From NCBI RefSeq assembly GCF_001194135.2, contig NC_068982.1, positions 92,705,034 to 92,769,033 of the forward strand: a stretch of DNA of 64,000 nt. The letters run 5' to 3'. The stretch comes from Octopus bimaculoides (lineage: Eukaryota). Each line of letters begins with the position of its first letter. Positions within the stretch are counted from its first letter, which is position 1. Positions 1 through 12,090 of this stretch are shown here, one piece after another. Both the position numbers and the translations under genes were made by a program. The notes below the pieces were generated by a model. That model did no database searches and had not been told where the DNA came from. It saw nothing but the letters and a program-made list of their open reading frames with translations.

Positions 1-329
1 CACACCTCCAAAAAGTTAGTACATGGTTTGAAATACCAAAGAATAAGGGAAATAATTTGTTTTCTCTTAAAATGTGCTATTTCTAAAATATTCAGGTTTT
101 GTGTTCGAATATATTCGAATACTATAAAAATTCATTATCTCATTCAGAGCATAATATCTGAATATTTTAGAAGCATATACACGTTTGAACGTAAAACAAT
201 AAAAAATTTAAAATATTTTCTTTCTTCTAAGGAATTTGAAGCTGCAAAACTGTGATTTTTCTTAAATAAGGAATTTCTCATAACATATCAGGCACACGAG
301 TCAATAACCCCACACCTAGAATTTACATC

Positions 330-1000
330 TATGTACAACTGAACACGGATCTTCATTGAATGTACTGTGCAGTCCTTGCCTGGCAAAGATCTTGAATAAT
401 GTGGACTTCCACCTCCAAACCAGACAAACAGCTGTGAGATTCTTTTCATAAAAATGAATCACCCTGGGTTCCAAGTATAAAAGTTTGTACAAGGATCAGA
501 CAATTGGTGACATCTGACTTGAAAGGAATATTTTCCCTTGCTGCTACTGCAGAAAAAGCAAAGGTTTTTGGAAGAACTTAATTTTGGCAGAAAGTTTATT
601 TAAGCAGATCTCTATTGCGGTGACCGCATCTAGAATTACTGCAACTTTGCTTAAATGGCAGGACGGATCAGTGTTTTTAAGCTGCCAGTCAGCTCTGCAT
701 ATAAGACTGTCGCCTTGCAATATTGGCATAGGATCTGGATAGACAGATGTTCTGAAGGAAACCAAGTATCTTGTTAACACTCACATTATGGTGAAGTCTT
801 GCTTTCCAGTGATTTCAAGCAAACTCTGGCAGTCATCCCAAAGACAGCAATTGACGAATTGAAAACATGCACCCCACCTCCACCAATTCTGATTTGGAGA
901 AGAGAGGAAAAATTTCATCGTTCTACCAACTCGACACTTGCATATGTTTTGGCAATTATTTCATCTCCGGTTGCACAATGACAATCAAGAAAAGGAAACA
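330..1000 (-). mobile_element. Highly decayed CR1/L2-like RT C-terminal fragment
   Basis: Frame-broken peptides NKILGFLQN and LKTLIRPAI resemble the LINE motifs ANKILGFL and YKTLVRP; many stops. Confidence 0.35.
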
Positions 1001-1892
1001 AATTGATTAGATGTTTTATGACTCGAAGTAAAAGATACACAATCAACTGTTAGTAATCGTCAATAAAATGAAACTGAAATGTTTTTCCTGTCAAACTCAA
1101 AGTAAATCCTTGATCCTGATCAAGGTGGTACACCGTTATTGCCCATCATTGATCCAGAGTTACCAGACACATGCATTGAACAGACATCAACAACTGCCAA
1201 ACCACGGCACGGTAAGCCAGTGTTCATTGATTCACCCCAATGATCCCGGTGTCTCATAGAAAGTAAATATCGTGAAATGCAAGGCACTTCAGACAAATCT
1301 ATTAAAAACTTACTCAGAGTTTACCTGGCGTCAATTAGACATTAGCCCCGAGTTATTTACACAAAAAACAACCTATCTGAACACGATATCTCTATATATA
1401 TTTTTTTTTATGTTCAGGTATGCTTTTTTTATTTTTCATTATGAGGTAGATTGTGTGTAGTCATTCGATTGACTATAAAAAAGACAGCTATAACTCCCTC
1501 ATCACATCTTAAAAAGAGAAGTGGATAATGTAGCCCTAGACTGGCACATATTTAACTACAGGTCTACTCAGTCGTGGATGATCAGCAACCAAATTTTCCT
1601 TTAGTCTTACACTAGTGCTTTATACTCGAAATCAAAACAAATTATGTTAACTGCCAGGTACAGAACAATTTATGTATTAAGTATATTTTGACATATAAAT
1701 CACTTTGATTTGATAATCAGATTAACTGGTTGAAATCAAATTAATCCCAATCCTTAGGGGATTGTGATTAATTTGATTACAACTGTAAATCTACTTAATT
1801 GATGTTCACAAAGTAGAGATTAAAATACATAACCATAGTAAACAAAATCGAGTTTTCGGAACAGCTTCACACATAAATAAATAAATATATAT

Positions 1893-2290
1893 ATCATCAT
1901 TTAACATCCGCTTTCCATGCTAGCATGGGTTGGACGATTTAACTGAGGACTGGTGAACCAGATGGCTACACCAGGCTCCAATCTGATTTGGCAGAGCTTC
2001 TACAGCTGGATGCCCTTCCTAACGCCAACCACTCCGAGAGTGTAGTAGGTGCTTTTACGTGCCACCGGCACGAAGGCCAGTCAGGAAGTACTGGCAACGG
2101 CCACGCTCGAAATGGTGTATTTTACGTGCCACCTGCACAGGCAATGAACTCGCTCGAATGTCTTTTTACGTGTCACTGGCATAAGTGCCTGGAAGGCGAC
2201 GTTGGTAACGGTCACGCTCGAATGGTGCTATTTACGTGCCACCGGCACGGAAGCCAGACGGTTGGTGCTCTGGCAACGATAAAGAGACGA
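1893..2290 (-). mobile_element. LINE 3'-end/SINE-like repeat with internal tandem units
   Basis: CATCATCAT tail followed by CCATGCTAGCATGGGTTGGACG...GGATGCCCTTCCTAACGCCAACC, shared with 7810-7950, 9300-9390 and 60333-60378. Internal TTTACGTGCCACCGGCACG-type units repeat about four times. Confidence 0.6.
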
Positions 2291-4253
2291 TGACCGATGG
2301 CTAGAAGAATATTGAGCTTTATCTAATAACCAGTTGGTCAAGCAACCGGGGCCTCATATCAGTGAGGAGTGGGGTGCGCAATGATGCCGTCGAGAGGTAG
2401 GCCCCGAAACGGCGCGCATTCTCTCCTGATGACCCCATACACTTGCTGGCTTTCGATTGTTATTTCTAGTAGGTCAAGCAACCACGTAAAAGCTCAATCC
2501 TAGTGATAATCATCTTGTAAAGTGGATTAATGAAAGCACCCACTGATTGAAAAGTTGAAGCTATTCTAAAACTTAATGAAAAAGTATATTACCGTTTCTA
2601 TAAAACTGGCGGAAAAGTGAAATTTGCTGATTAAGTTACATTAATGAAATCTCAAGTAGCCTATTGAACAAGGGTAGCAAGAAAGAATCACCTAATAATT
2701 GTTATTATATTTACTCAAAGCAATAGGTAGTATGCATCAATAGCAGCTGAGCATAAGAAAAGAGTGGATTCAGTATTTGCTATATTCAATAGTTTGAATG
2801 GGGAGACGGTTTTCTTCTTTTAACAGCAGCCAATAGTGAAATATGGTTTATGACATTTTAAAATTCGCTTGACTTTGCTTATCGTTTACTCAAAACAACA
2901 AAAAAAAGTATTAGTAATATGATGTTATCAATATGCTATTTTATCAACAATTAACTTTGTGGTTTAAATCAATTAAATAGCAAACGGTTTTTGCATATGT
3001 AAACAAGCTAATTAGTAATCGGTAATATTTACTGCTGAAGCCGTACTATGTAAACTTTCGCATCTCTCCTTTTTCTCTTGTTGGATCTAGATATTAACCG
3101 TTTTATTTTGTGGAAAGTGGATTTAATTTGTCGTGTATGTGTTTTGTTACATTTTGTATCGAGTTTTTAGCACTGTGTAGAGTTTCGGAATAAGCACTAC
3201 TCTCCATGCGCGTAATATGTAATTCAACACGAATTTCCATCGAATTAAGATAAAAGTATCTGCCGTCTCGTGTGAATTTTCCGAAACTTTTTCCCCCACC
3301 CTTGGAAATCTTTTTCTGGACGTTATGAGGCAACAAAGTCCGTGGGACACACATGTAGAAGTATGCCAAATATCTTACGCTTCATGTACAGAAATTTCTT
3401 TTAAATGTTTCTTCTAAATTCACTATTTTATGGGGGGGGGGGGGAGAGATGCCCCTTTACCACACTTGAAGTAAAAAGAAAATTTAAATACTTTTAACAT
3501 CAAACATTTCATCAAGCCTCAATATAGAATATCCCTTATCAACTAATATAGCAAGTTGTCTTTATAACTGATACGGATAATATGTATGACGAAACTTAGT
3601 TATTAACATGAGTTATAAAAAGTTATAATTAACTTGATGCAACATTGTAAGATAAATAATAAATCTATAACTACATGGAAGAAGTAAATTTCAACATTGC
3701 AATGAGTGAGCTGTTTTCAAAATATGAGCTACAAACCGGATTGTGGTTAACTAATAATATTAAAAAAAAACATGACACACCATCTAAAATTAGATTGCAC
3801 ATGTAGACCATACGTTTTTGATGCCCTTAAAAACAAAACAAGCCAGAGCACTAAACTGAATAATGACATATTTTACCATAGGAAATTAAACGATTTTTTA
3901 AAAAGCACTATTTTCCTTCGATTCCAGAACCTCTAAATTATTGTTAATTTCAGAAAATTATAAGCTTTTATACCTGGTTACTTGAAGAATGTTTTTTTAC
4001 TACCTTAAGAAATCATAATCTTTACTAAGAAACGGAAAATGTTTTTGTATTTAAGGTTTTTTAAACAAAATCCAGTCCACATTATGGTTAGCATATTGAG
4101 AGTTGTCATTATTTTACAGAGTCTATCATTCCAAAAATGCTGTTAATCAACTCAATAACAGTAAAATGACAGATTGAAAATTTTGAAATATTTGTACAGA
4201 CATAAGAAAAGAAAATAAAAGTAAAACAAAAATGAAAATACAAAAACAATTAC

Positions 4254-5065
4254 TTGTCACTTTGAGATCGAGTTCGCTTCTCGCCAGATGCTCGACACGT
4301 TATGGATGTTGCAAATGGATTAACATTGGCCTCGAGCCTTTCAATTTTTTTTTTCCGCAGACATTTAACCTTGGTTCGATCACCAGTATACTTGTCCTTC
4401 TTCCTCACATTTAATAACAGAGTCTGTGGAGTGTGAGGAGTGTCGAACAATCGTAGTGCCCGAAACTTTCGATGCGGAGGAGATACGCACAACACTTCTG
4501 GGGGTGATTGAGTTGTAGGAGTCAACTTATGATTTAAGGGAGACATTTGCCTTGATGGTGTATCACAGCCACTGGTATCAAGTTGGGGAGTATGTAAAGC
4601 ATTTTCTTGACTACTGTTGAAATCGACAATAGCAGATATCTCCATTTCGGGATTAAAAGGAATTGCACCAACTGGTTCAATCTTAGATCTTGTTATACGT
4701 CCGCCTGTAGTAACTGCACGTCTCCAGCGGAAGGGACTGTTGTGGCTAGTGTTGAATATCTTTCTGTTGGGTGTTTGGCTTGATGGTAAATTTGTGGCCA
4801 TAACATCATCATCTTCTTCGAGGAGGTCAGCAACAATAGCAGAGTCATTATATAGATCTAGAGATATTCGAAGGAAAGAACGGTTATTGGGATCTTCGTG
4901 TCGTTTGTCATGCTTGGTTGGTAAGGAATCTTCCTCATCTTCATCTTCCATCATATCTTCAGCACTGCCACTACTGTTGAAATCCAGTGTAGTTCTCATG
5001 GAAGTACCATTTACCCTCGAAAAACAGCGCCTAGAAACAGGTTTTCCTTGGCTAGTGTGAGGCAT
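4254..5065 (-). CDS. WEE1: Wee1-like kinase, first coding exon (N-terminal regulatory region); downstream exons lie outside the window
   Basis: ORF contains FRALRLFDTPHTPQTLL (cf. human WEE1 RKLRLFDTPHTPKSLL) and ANVNPF (cf. NINPF), an acidic tract and several SP/TP sites. It ends at a GTAATT donor (4253-4248, phase 2), just before the in-frame stop. Confidence 0.9.
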
Positions 5066-5539
5066 TGGAAAAGGTTTAGTGATCTAAATTCAATCTATGA
5101 GGATTAATCCAAATAAGAATTATCGTACGCTAAATATAATACAGACGAAAACTTTAAAGAAATATAGTAAAGTTCAATAACAATAAGCGACAGATCAAAA
5201 TAATAGCTGATGATGCAGGTGACCTTGATTAATTAATTTGGTAATCTATTTTCTTCTTTCTCTTCAGTCAGTTGTAACATTAAGTGAAGAGATCGTCATA
5301 TTTGACGAGACGACTACACGCGGTCAACTACGATTCAATAAAAATAACTTGCTTCGTTAGGCACTTAGTGCTTAAAAAAATCCCAACAAACACTGGAAAC
5401 TGACAAGTATGAAAATGGTGTTTCGAAAGCTAGTTTAGATGAGTGTAGTCAACCATGTATGATTAAAATAATTAAAACACGTTTTATAAGTATATCTACC
5501 TATGTCAACAAGGATAACGCCTACTAATATAAGTGTTTG

Positions 5540-5755
5540 TATTTTGGCGGGCCGTTAGCGTCATGTGACAAATATGAACCAATCAAATCAACTGAAAATT
5601 TAAAAAAAAAACGCGAATGATTGACGTTATTTCCCCATGTTTTCAAAATACCTTGAGGTTACATTTGGTTTTGCTCGTTCAATAATTTTTCTTAATTAAA
5701 TACATGAATCAAGTTTTCCAAAAACGTGTAATTTTATAATATTTGGTTTGAAAAT
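5540..5755. promoter_or_regulatory. Probable WEE1 promoter: E2F site, CCAAT box, CHR-like hexamers
   Basis: TTTTGGCGGG at 5542-5551, CCAAT at 5579-5583, TTCAAA/TTTGAA at 5642-5647 and 5747-5752, about 0.5 kb upstream of the WEE1 ATG. The CHR hexamers are weak evidence in AT-rich DNA. Confidence 0.45.
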
Positions 5756-7799
5756 TCAATTTTATTAATTTTTTTTTGTTAATGATGTGTAAGTCTTGTT
5801 TATAAGTTAAATTTTCTCTATTGACAAAACCTTTAGGATGCAGCAATATTAAATTATATGCAAAAAAAAAAAAAAAGAAAATCTAAAATCATGCATTATA
5901 AATATAAATTAGCTTCGCAATCCTATCTCTAGACGTTCACATGAGTAACACGTGTTTTCGGAAGTAAATTCAGGTCAGGGATACACGATCTAGGGTCGAC
6001 AATTGGGTAAATTTCTTAGGGCCGACAATTCGGTAAATTTCTTTGCATCGAAAATTGATAATCGTTGATTTATTTATTATACGCCAGGATTTAAAGTTTA
6101 GATAACCTTACGAATATAAGTTTCCATAGTCTGACAGCAGAATATTTTTTAAAAAAACTTGTGTCTTAATTGCGGGAATAAAATTTTAAATTGATGTTTT
6201 GTTTACACCTTAATTACTATCTATAGAATATCAAAATATTAAATTATATTGTATGCATCCTACATATGCATGGATGCATGCACAATATACGTGTGATGAA
6301 GGCCACAACTCTAGACTAAAATAAACTAACAAATGTAAAAGAATCTGATATTGATTGATATCAAAATATTGAATAATTTTTTTCATTCATCAACATTGTT
6401 CTGGATTTTATTCTTCTTTTCTATTTATGGTTGACTTAGCAAATTACTTATTAAAATGTATTTATGTTTGAGATCTGTACCAAGTTATACAAAAACCAAA
6501 TAAAATTTATAACGCTCAGAACAACAGTTGCTGCAGCTGATGTCGATCTGAATTATTTCCCTTCTAGTAACATGTTTACATATATAATTCATGAATAATT
6601 ACAAAAATTCTTTAAAAAAAGATAGTTAAACATTTTTCAAATACGTGTGATTTACATGTATTTGAATGAATGCAAATTACTCTTCTGATGAAAACTGACC
6701 GCAATGTTATTTCTGCTAAGCTTTCCATTAATTACATTAAACAATCGACGAGGTCCTCATTTTCAGATTGTTTTTGTTATTGTCTAATTGTATAAATTAT
6801 ATTCTTAATGAATAAATCACGACTTAATTTTATTAAGGCCTAAATTAAACGGCAGAGGAGGGGAGAAGAGAAGAGAAGAGGAAAAAAGAAAAAGATTAAA
6901 AAGATACGGTTAGGGATGATGACAATGATGATGAGAATTGTTATTGTTGTTGTTTAGCCCTAGGTCAGCCCTAACTAAACCAAGCTATATGATCACAGGC
7001 AATTCAGCCATGATCGTCGTCTTTTTTTTAATATCAGAGACTACATGTCCATTGCGTTCTTTCTTTCTTCTTTCAAGACAGTAGGATGTGATTTGAGAAA
7101 CATTTGGTTTCTATTTCTAGCAGGTCGAGCGATTACTAAAACGCACTTTTTGTGACGGTTAAGAACAGCTCCTGATCCTTAACTGATAGTACTATACACG
7201 GGGTTAAACAAAAATTTGTCCAAAGTTGAAAGTTTATTAAAAGAGATGTTATACTAACAAATATATTAGGTAACTTAATACCAGATATTACATAAGTTAA
7301 ATCACGATTTACTTTATTAGGGCCTAAATTAAAAGACGCAAACCAATAGTCATGGACAAATAGCAGCAAGCAGGACATCCTAAAAGGCAGATCAATTTAC
7401 TTGTGCGGTCCGCTTGATGATGAGTCATATCTCATGTGACTTGCTTCTCAAAAAAAGATTGCCTGAGCCGCATCTAAACTTACAGGTACAAATGAGGCCC
7501 TATTAAAACCTCAGACCTTATGTGACTGAATTGATTTCTTACAATTGTGTATTATGTAGCAGTTCAGCCAAATAAGGGATAAAGTCACAAGTTTAATTCT
7601 GACAGAATATTTACGATTTAGCAAATAAATAAATAAAAGCGCTTAAAAATAATATTCTTTTCTGTTTATGTCTCTCTGTAAAATTTTATTTTAAGAGTTC
7701 AAGATTTTATAATTTTCTACTAAAATGTCCAAATAATCTGCTTAACTTTTATCACACAAAAGCACCCAGGACCACCACTGGTTCTATGATAGAAACTTT

Positions 7800-8740
7800 T
7801 TTAACATCATTGTCATTTGACGTCTGTTTTCTATGCTGGCATGAGTTGGACAATAGCTAGCCAGCTGGCAGCTGTCCAGACTCCAATTGTCAGTTGTGAC
7901 ATGGTTTCTACGGCTGGATACCCTTCCTAACACCAATCACTTTATAGAGTATGCTGGGTGCCTTTTAAGTACGACTGGCTCAGGTGTGTTCACACAGCAC
8001 TGGCACAAGTGCATTTTATGTGACATCAGTTCCTGTAAAGGACAAGCCTGTATGCATGGATGACAGAGATTTTACTTTGCTTGGTGTGTCATCTCAAGTA
8101 CAGCAAGTCATCAGAACTCCCAGTCTCTTGTTATTTCCTCAGTGAGGCCCAGAGTTCAAAGATTCTTTCTCACTGCTTCACTACACATCTTTCTGGGTTT
8201 AGCCCTTCCACAAGTTCTCTCCACAATTAGAACTTGATACTTCTTTATACAGCTATCCTCATCCATACGCATCTTGTAACCAAATCAGCACAGTCTTCTC
8301 TCTTGCACACAACATCTGATGCCTCTTATATCCAGTTCTCCTCTTAAATCATTTACACTCTGTTGTGTGTGCACACTGACATTACTCATCCAGCAGAGTA
8401 TGCTAGCTTCATTTCTTTGAAGCCTTCACAAGTCCACTGTAATCAAATCTCATGTTTCACTGCCATGTAGCGTAGCTGTATGTACACAGACGTCATACAA
8501 TTTGCCTTTCACCCTGAGGAAGAGACCCTTAGTTAATAACAGAGGTAGAAGCTCTTTGAACATTGCCCAGCCCATTCTTATTCTAGAAACTACACTTTCA
8601 GAACTTCCTCTTCCACTGCTAACTTGGTTGCCAAAGTAATAGAGGCTATCCACTACTTCTAATGATCTTCTCAATTATTTGAGTGAGTCTGCGCATTTTT
8701 AGTGCTTATTGTACCTGAAAGTGCTTATTATACCTGCAGG
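7800..8740 (-). mobile_element. RTE-like LINE, RT C-terminus plus 3' UTR (5'-truncated)
   Basis: LEVVDSLYYFGNQVSSGRGSSESVVSRIRMGWAMFKELLPLL...KGKLYDVCVHTATLHGSET is a typical RTE post-RT region. The 3' end matches the repeat at 1893-2290. Confidence 0.8.
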
Positions 8741-9398
8741 TACAAACTTCTTATTTTAAATTAAAACCTTCATTCAAAACTTCAGGTTAGTTTATGTTTT
8801 TTAAACACCACTTGATAATAGCTAAGTGATTTTATTTAAATTCTTCCTTATTTTCAAAATTAACTGTAACAATAGAAATTTGGTAACGAAATGGTTAAAC
8901 ATGTATGCAGTTATATGAAGGCTCCATTTAAACTTGTGGATTCATTTTCTCTTGGATAAAGAAATTCTTTTCACAACATGATAATTATTAGTAATTAAAT
9001 CTTTATACTAATATCAAAGTTCCTGTCAAATATAATTGACTATTTTCTCCCTCAAAATTTGAAGCCTTGTGTCTATGTTAGAAATGACTATTTAATCTCT
9101 GTAAAATTTTCAATAACTATCTATTGCTTTGTACTGGGACATTTCTTTATGGAAGTTTTCCCTCATATAAATTTTTCACAAATTTTATATAAAACAAAAG
9201 AAATATAATTCTTTTTTAATAGCTTTAGTTCTTAGTTAACCAGTGTAATTCAATTGAAAGGGTTTGTCTTCGAAGTTACTCAGTAATCTCACTAACACCA
9301 GTGTCATATAAAATGTGCTGAGTACACTCAGTAAAGTGGTTGGGATTAGGAAAGACATCCAGTCATAAAAACCATGCCAAAGCAAACACTGGAGCTTC

Positions 9399-9500
9399 TT
9401 GATGATGATGATGATGACGACGATAACAGCAATGCTGCTGCTGCTGCTGTTGTTCTTCTTCTTCTTCTTCTTTTTCTTCTTCTTCTTCTTCCTTTTCTTC
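9399..9500. repeat. Compound trinucleotide microsatellite (GAT)n(GCT)n(CTT)n at the end of a repeat
   Basis: Directly visible. Confidence 0.95.
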
Positions 9501-9889
9501 TCAGCCTTCTTACCCCTACTGTACCTTATATCCAGATTGATCCAACGCAACTCTTTACTTCAATCATGCAATAATTTGGTATTCTGTCCCTCCCCACAGG
9601 CACCAACTTGTATAAGTTCAAGCTGAACATCAACTACATTAATCTGAACAGATAAGGATGGCTGACAATGCCTATGAATACTGCTTCTTTTCATATGATG
9701 AATTAAGAAAACATAAAAGAGAAATGCATATTAGGAAGTCTTCAAGTATGATAATGAGAAAAGGAGAAACACAAGCAAGTAAGTATTTGATGTGTGAGCA
9801 ATAATAATGTTGTAGACATAACAGAAACTTAGAAATAATCTGAGAAGACTGCTCTAAACCAAGAGATGAGAGATCAATGATGCACATAG

Positions 9890-10440
9890 TTGAAGTATTT
9901 ATTGATATCAAGTGCTTTGGACTGGACTTTCTCCAAAATTCTCAAGAACTAGAGATGTAGGAGAATTTGTATCTGGTTGGTCAGACTGTATTGTAGGTGT
10001 ATGAATTTTCACAGAAAGAGAGAGAGAGCGAGAGGGGGGACTGTGTATGACTGTCACCATTGCCTTTGACATGTTGAAAATGATGTCAATAGTACAGTAA
10101 GAGGGGTTGCCTTGTGGAAATGGAATTCACTATTGCATGTTTATATAAAGTAAAAGAAAAAAAGACTGATGCCTTTTGGGTGAAGAAAGGATTTAGTGTT
10201 GGTTGATATCTTTTGAGCATGCTAGATTGAATACTGGTAGAACCAAGTATCTTGTAGAGTTAGAATGAGTGGAAAAAATTCCTAACTTTGTAATTCTTTA
10301 AATATGGTGAAGAGACAGATAAAATGGAGAAAGACAGTTAAGGAATAGTTTAAAGATAGAATACATTGCAATATGAGTTGGAAGCAAAATGGGCAGCAAA
10401 TGTGGTGACATTGTCAGCAATGAACATAGTTACAGTTATT
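9890..10440 (-). mobile_element. Decayed CR1/Jockey-like RT fragments
   Basis: The reverse strand gives ILEKVQSKALDI, a LINE C-terminal motif; the rest is degenerate. Confidence 0.4.
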
Positions 10441-10984
10441 TTAGTTGAGATATGTGGTGGATTAGATGATTTTAAAAAATATTCAATAAATCAATTTTTT
10501 AAAAAATAGAATAAAATAGACACAAAACAATGATAGAAAAAAAAAACATTTATTGTTTAAAATTAAAAAAATATCCAGGGACCTGTTAATCATTTGTTGT
10601 TATAAATGATGATTAATCAGTATGAGTCATTTGATTTACTTCCTTGAGTGACTGGTAATCACTTCCAGGAGTGACTGATATCTTCAAAGCTTTTTTGAAG
10701 TCATGTGATATTTAATAATCCTTGTTGTTGTGATATGAGTCATCATTGATCAAAAGTTACTTCCTAACCACAGGTAATTTTTAATACCATTAAAGCACCA
10801 ACTTCATATTTTCCTTACAAGTTTACAATTCAAAAACAAATGATGATCTGAATTCTCATCATAACTGAAGTGATTCTATGCTGGATTTATGTATCAGTAA
10901 ATAAGATACTCTTGTTCCTAATTACAATCTTAAAGGTAGTGAAAACTTAAATCCAGTCAATCTCTTTTATTACAATAAATTTGA

Positions 10985-11200
10985 CTAAGATGGTGAGCTG
11001 GCAGAATTGTTAGCATGTCAGTCAGAATGCTTATTGTATTTCTTCCAGCTCCTTACAGTCTGGGTTCAAATTCTGCTGTAGTCAGCTCTGCTTTTCATTC
11101 TTTCTAAGATTAACAAAATGAAGTGCCAGTCAAGAACTAGGATTAATGTAACTGACTCATCCCCCTCCCTAAAATTGCTGGCCTTGTGCCAAAATTTGAA
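10985..11200 (+). mobile_element. tRNA-derived octopus-type SINE
   Basis: AAGATGGTGAGCTGGCAGAATTGTTAGC head, GGGTTCAAATTC B-box-like motif and GCTGGCCTTGTGCCAAAATTTGAAACC tail. Confidence 0.8.
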
Positions 11201-11269
11201 ACCATTACAATAAATTTGATTCTTCATACAATATTGAGTCCTTTCATCAGCTTATTTTTGTTATTGTTC

Positions 11270-12090
11270 ATCACTTCTTACCAAGATGAAACTTTCTCTA
11301 CCTACATCTTGTTCCTGTGACACAAATCTCGCAATCTTTATTTATTTTATAATCCACCTCTGCTGTCCAGATTACACTCTTTATAAACCTAGACACTTCT
11401 TGCCAAACCTTCAATAATTCCTGAACAAATTCTCCAAAGAAGTCATGCCAGTCTTATTTCCTTCAACAGCAAGAGGACACAGTCATTACACATATCAAGG
11501 AAACATTATTACATCCACTTAAACAGGAGCATCCTACAACTAGGAGCTGAAGGTCACAACAAATGCTAGATCTCATCATTACTGAAATTTTTTCCAGGCA
11601 AACACACATCTTAAACATAGCAAGAACTAGCCTCCACCCTATCCCACCAACAACAACTATCAACCTTCAACAAAACTCTGTAGAGTACTATTCCAACACC
11701 TGATACAGTGCTGTTGTTACATTGCACTGACAATCTTAGATTGCATCGACAGAAAAGCTATTTGACTGATTCATATGGTAACTCTCAAAAACACACTCCA
11801 ACCTTTGGTCCACAGACATATTGTCTCTTCACGCTGTCTTTCCTATAACTACTATGTAAATGGCCTCTGCTGCTCAGAATTGACTAATCTTGTACCACCT
11901 CCACTCAGGTACTCCCATCTCACTTCTCTCTCCTTATCTTATCATCCATATTATCTACTCCTATACTAGCCACTCTGCCCAATCCTTCCTATCTAGAATG
12001 TCAGTTTTGCCAATAGGAATTTCTTCTTCCTGTGCATAATTTTCCTGCAACGTTGACTTCCAACTATTTCAGTGGAACATTAACAGTATC
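11270..12090 (+). mobile_element. CR1/L2/Jockey-like LINE RT C-terminal remnant
   Basis: TLQPLVHRHIVSSRCLSYNYYVNGLCCSELTNLVPPP matches the LxPLxHRRxVxSLxLFYxYYxGxCSSELxxLVP motif. Confidence 0.65.

Noticed and set aside
330-1260. WEE1 kinase exons
   Set aside because: No kinase motifs in any frame; only LINE-like remnants.
1988-2293. 101-aa ORF with FTCHRH repeats; also CRISPR-like spacing
   Set aside because: Internal tandem units of a retro-repeat in a eukaryotic genome, with no unique spacers or cas genes.
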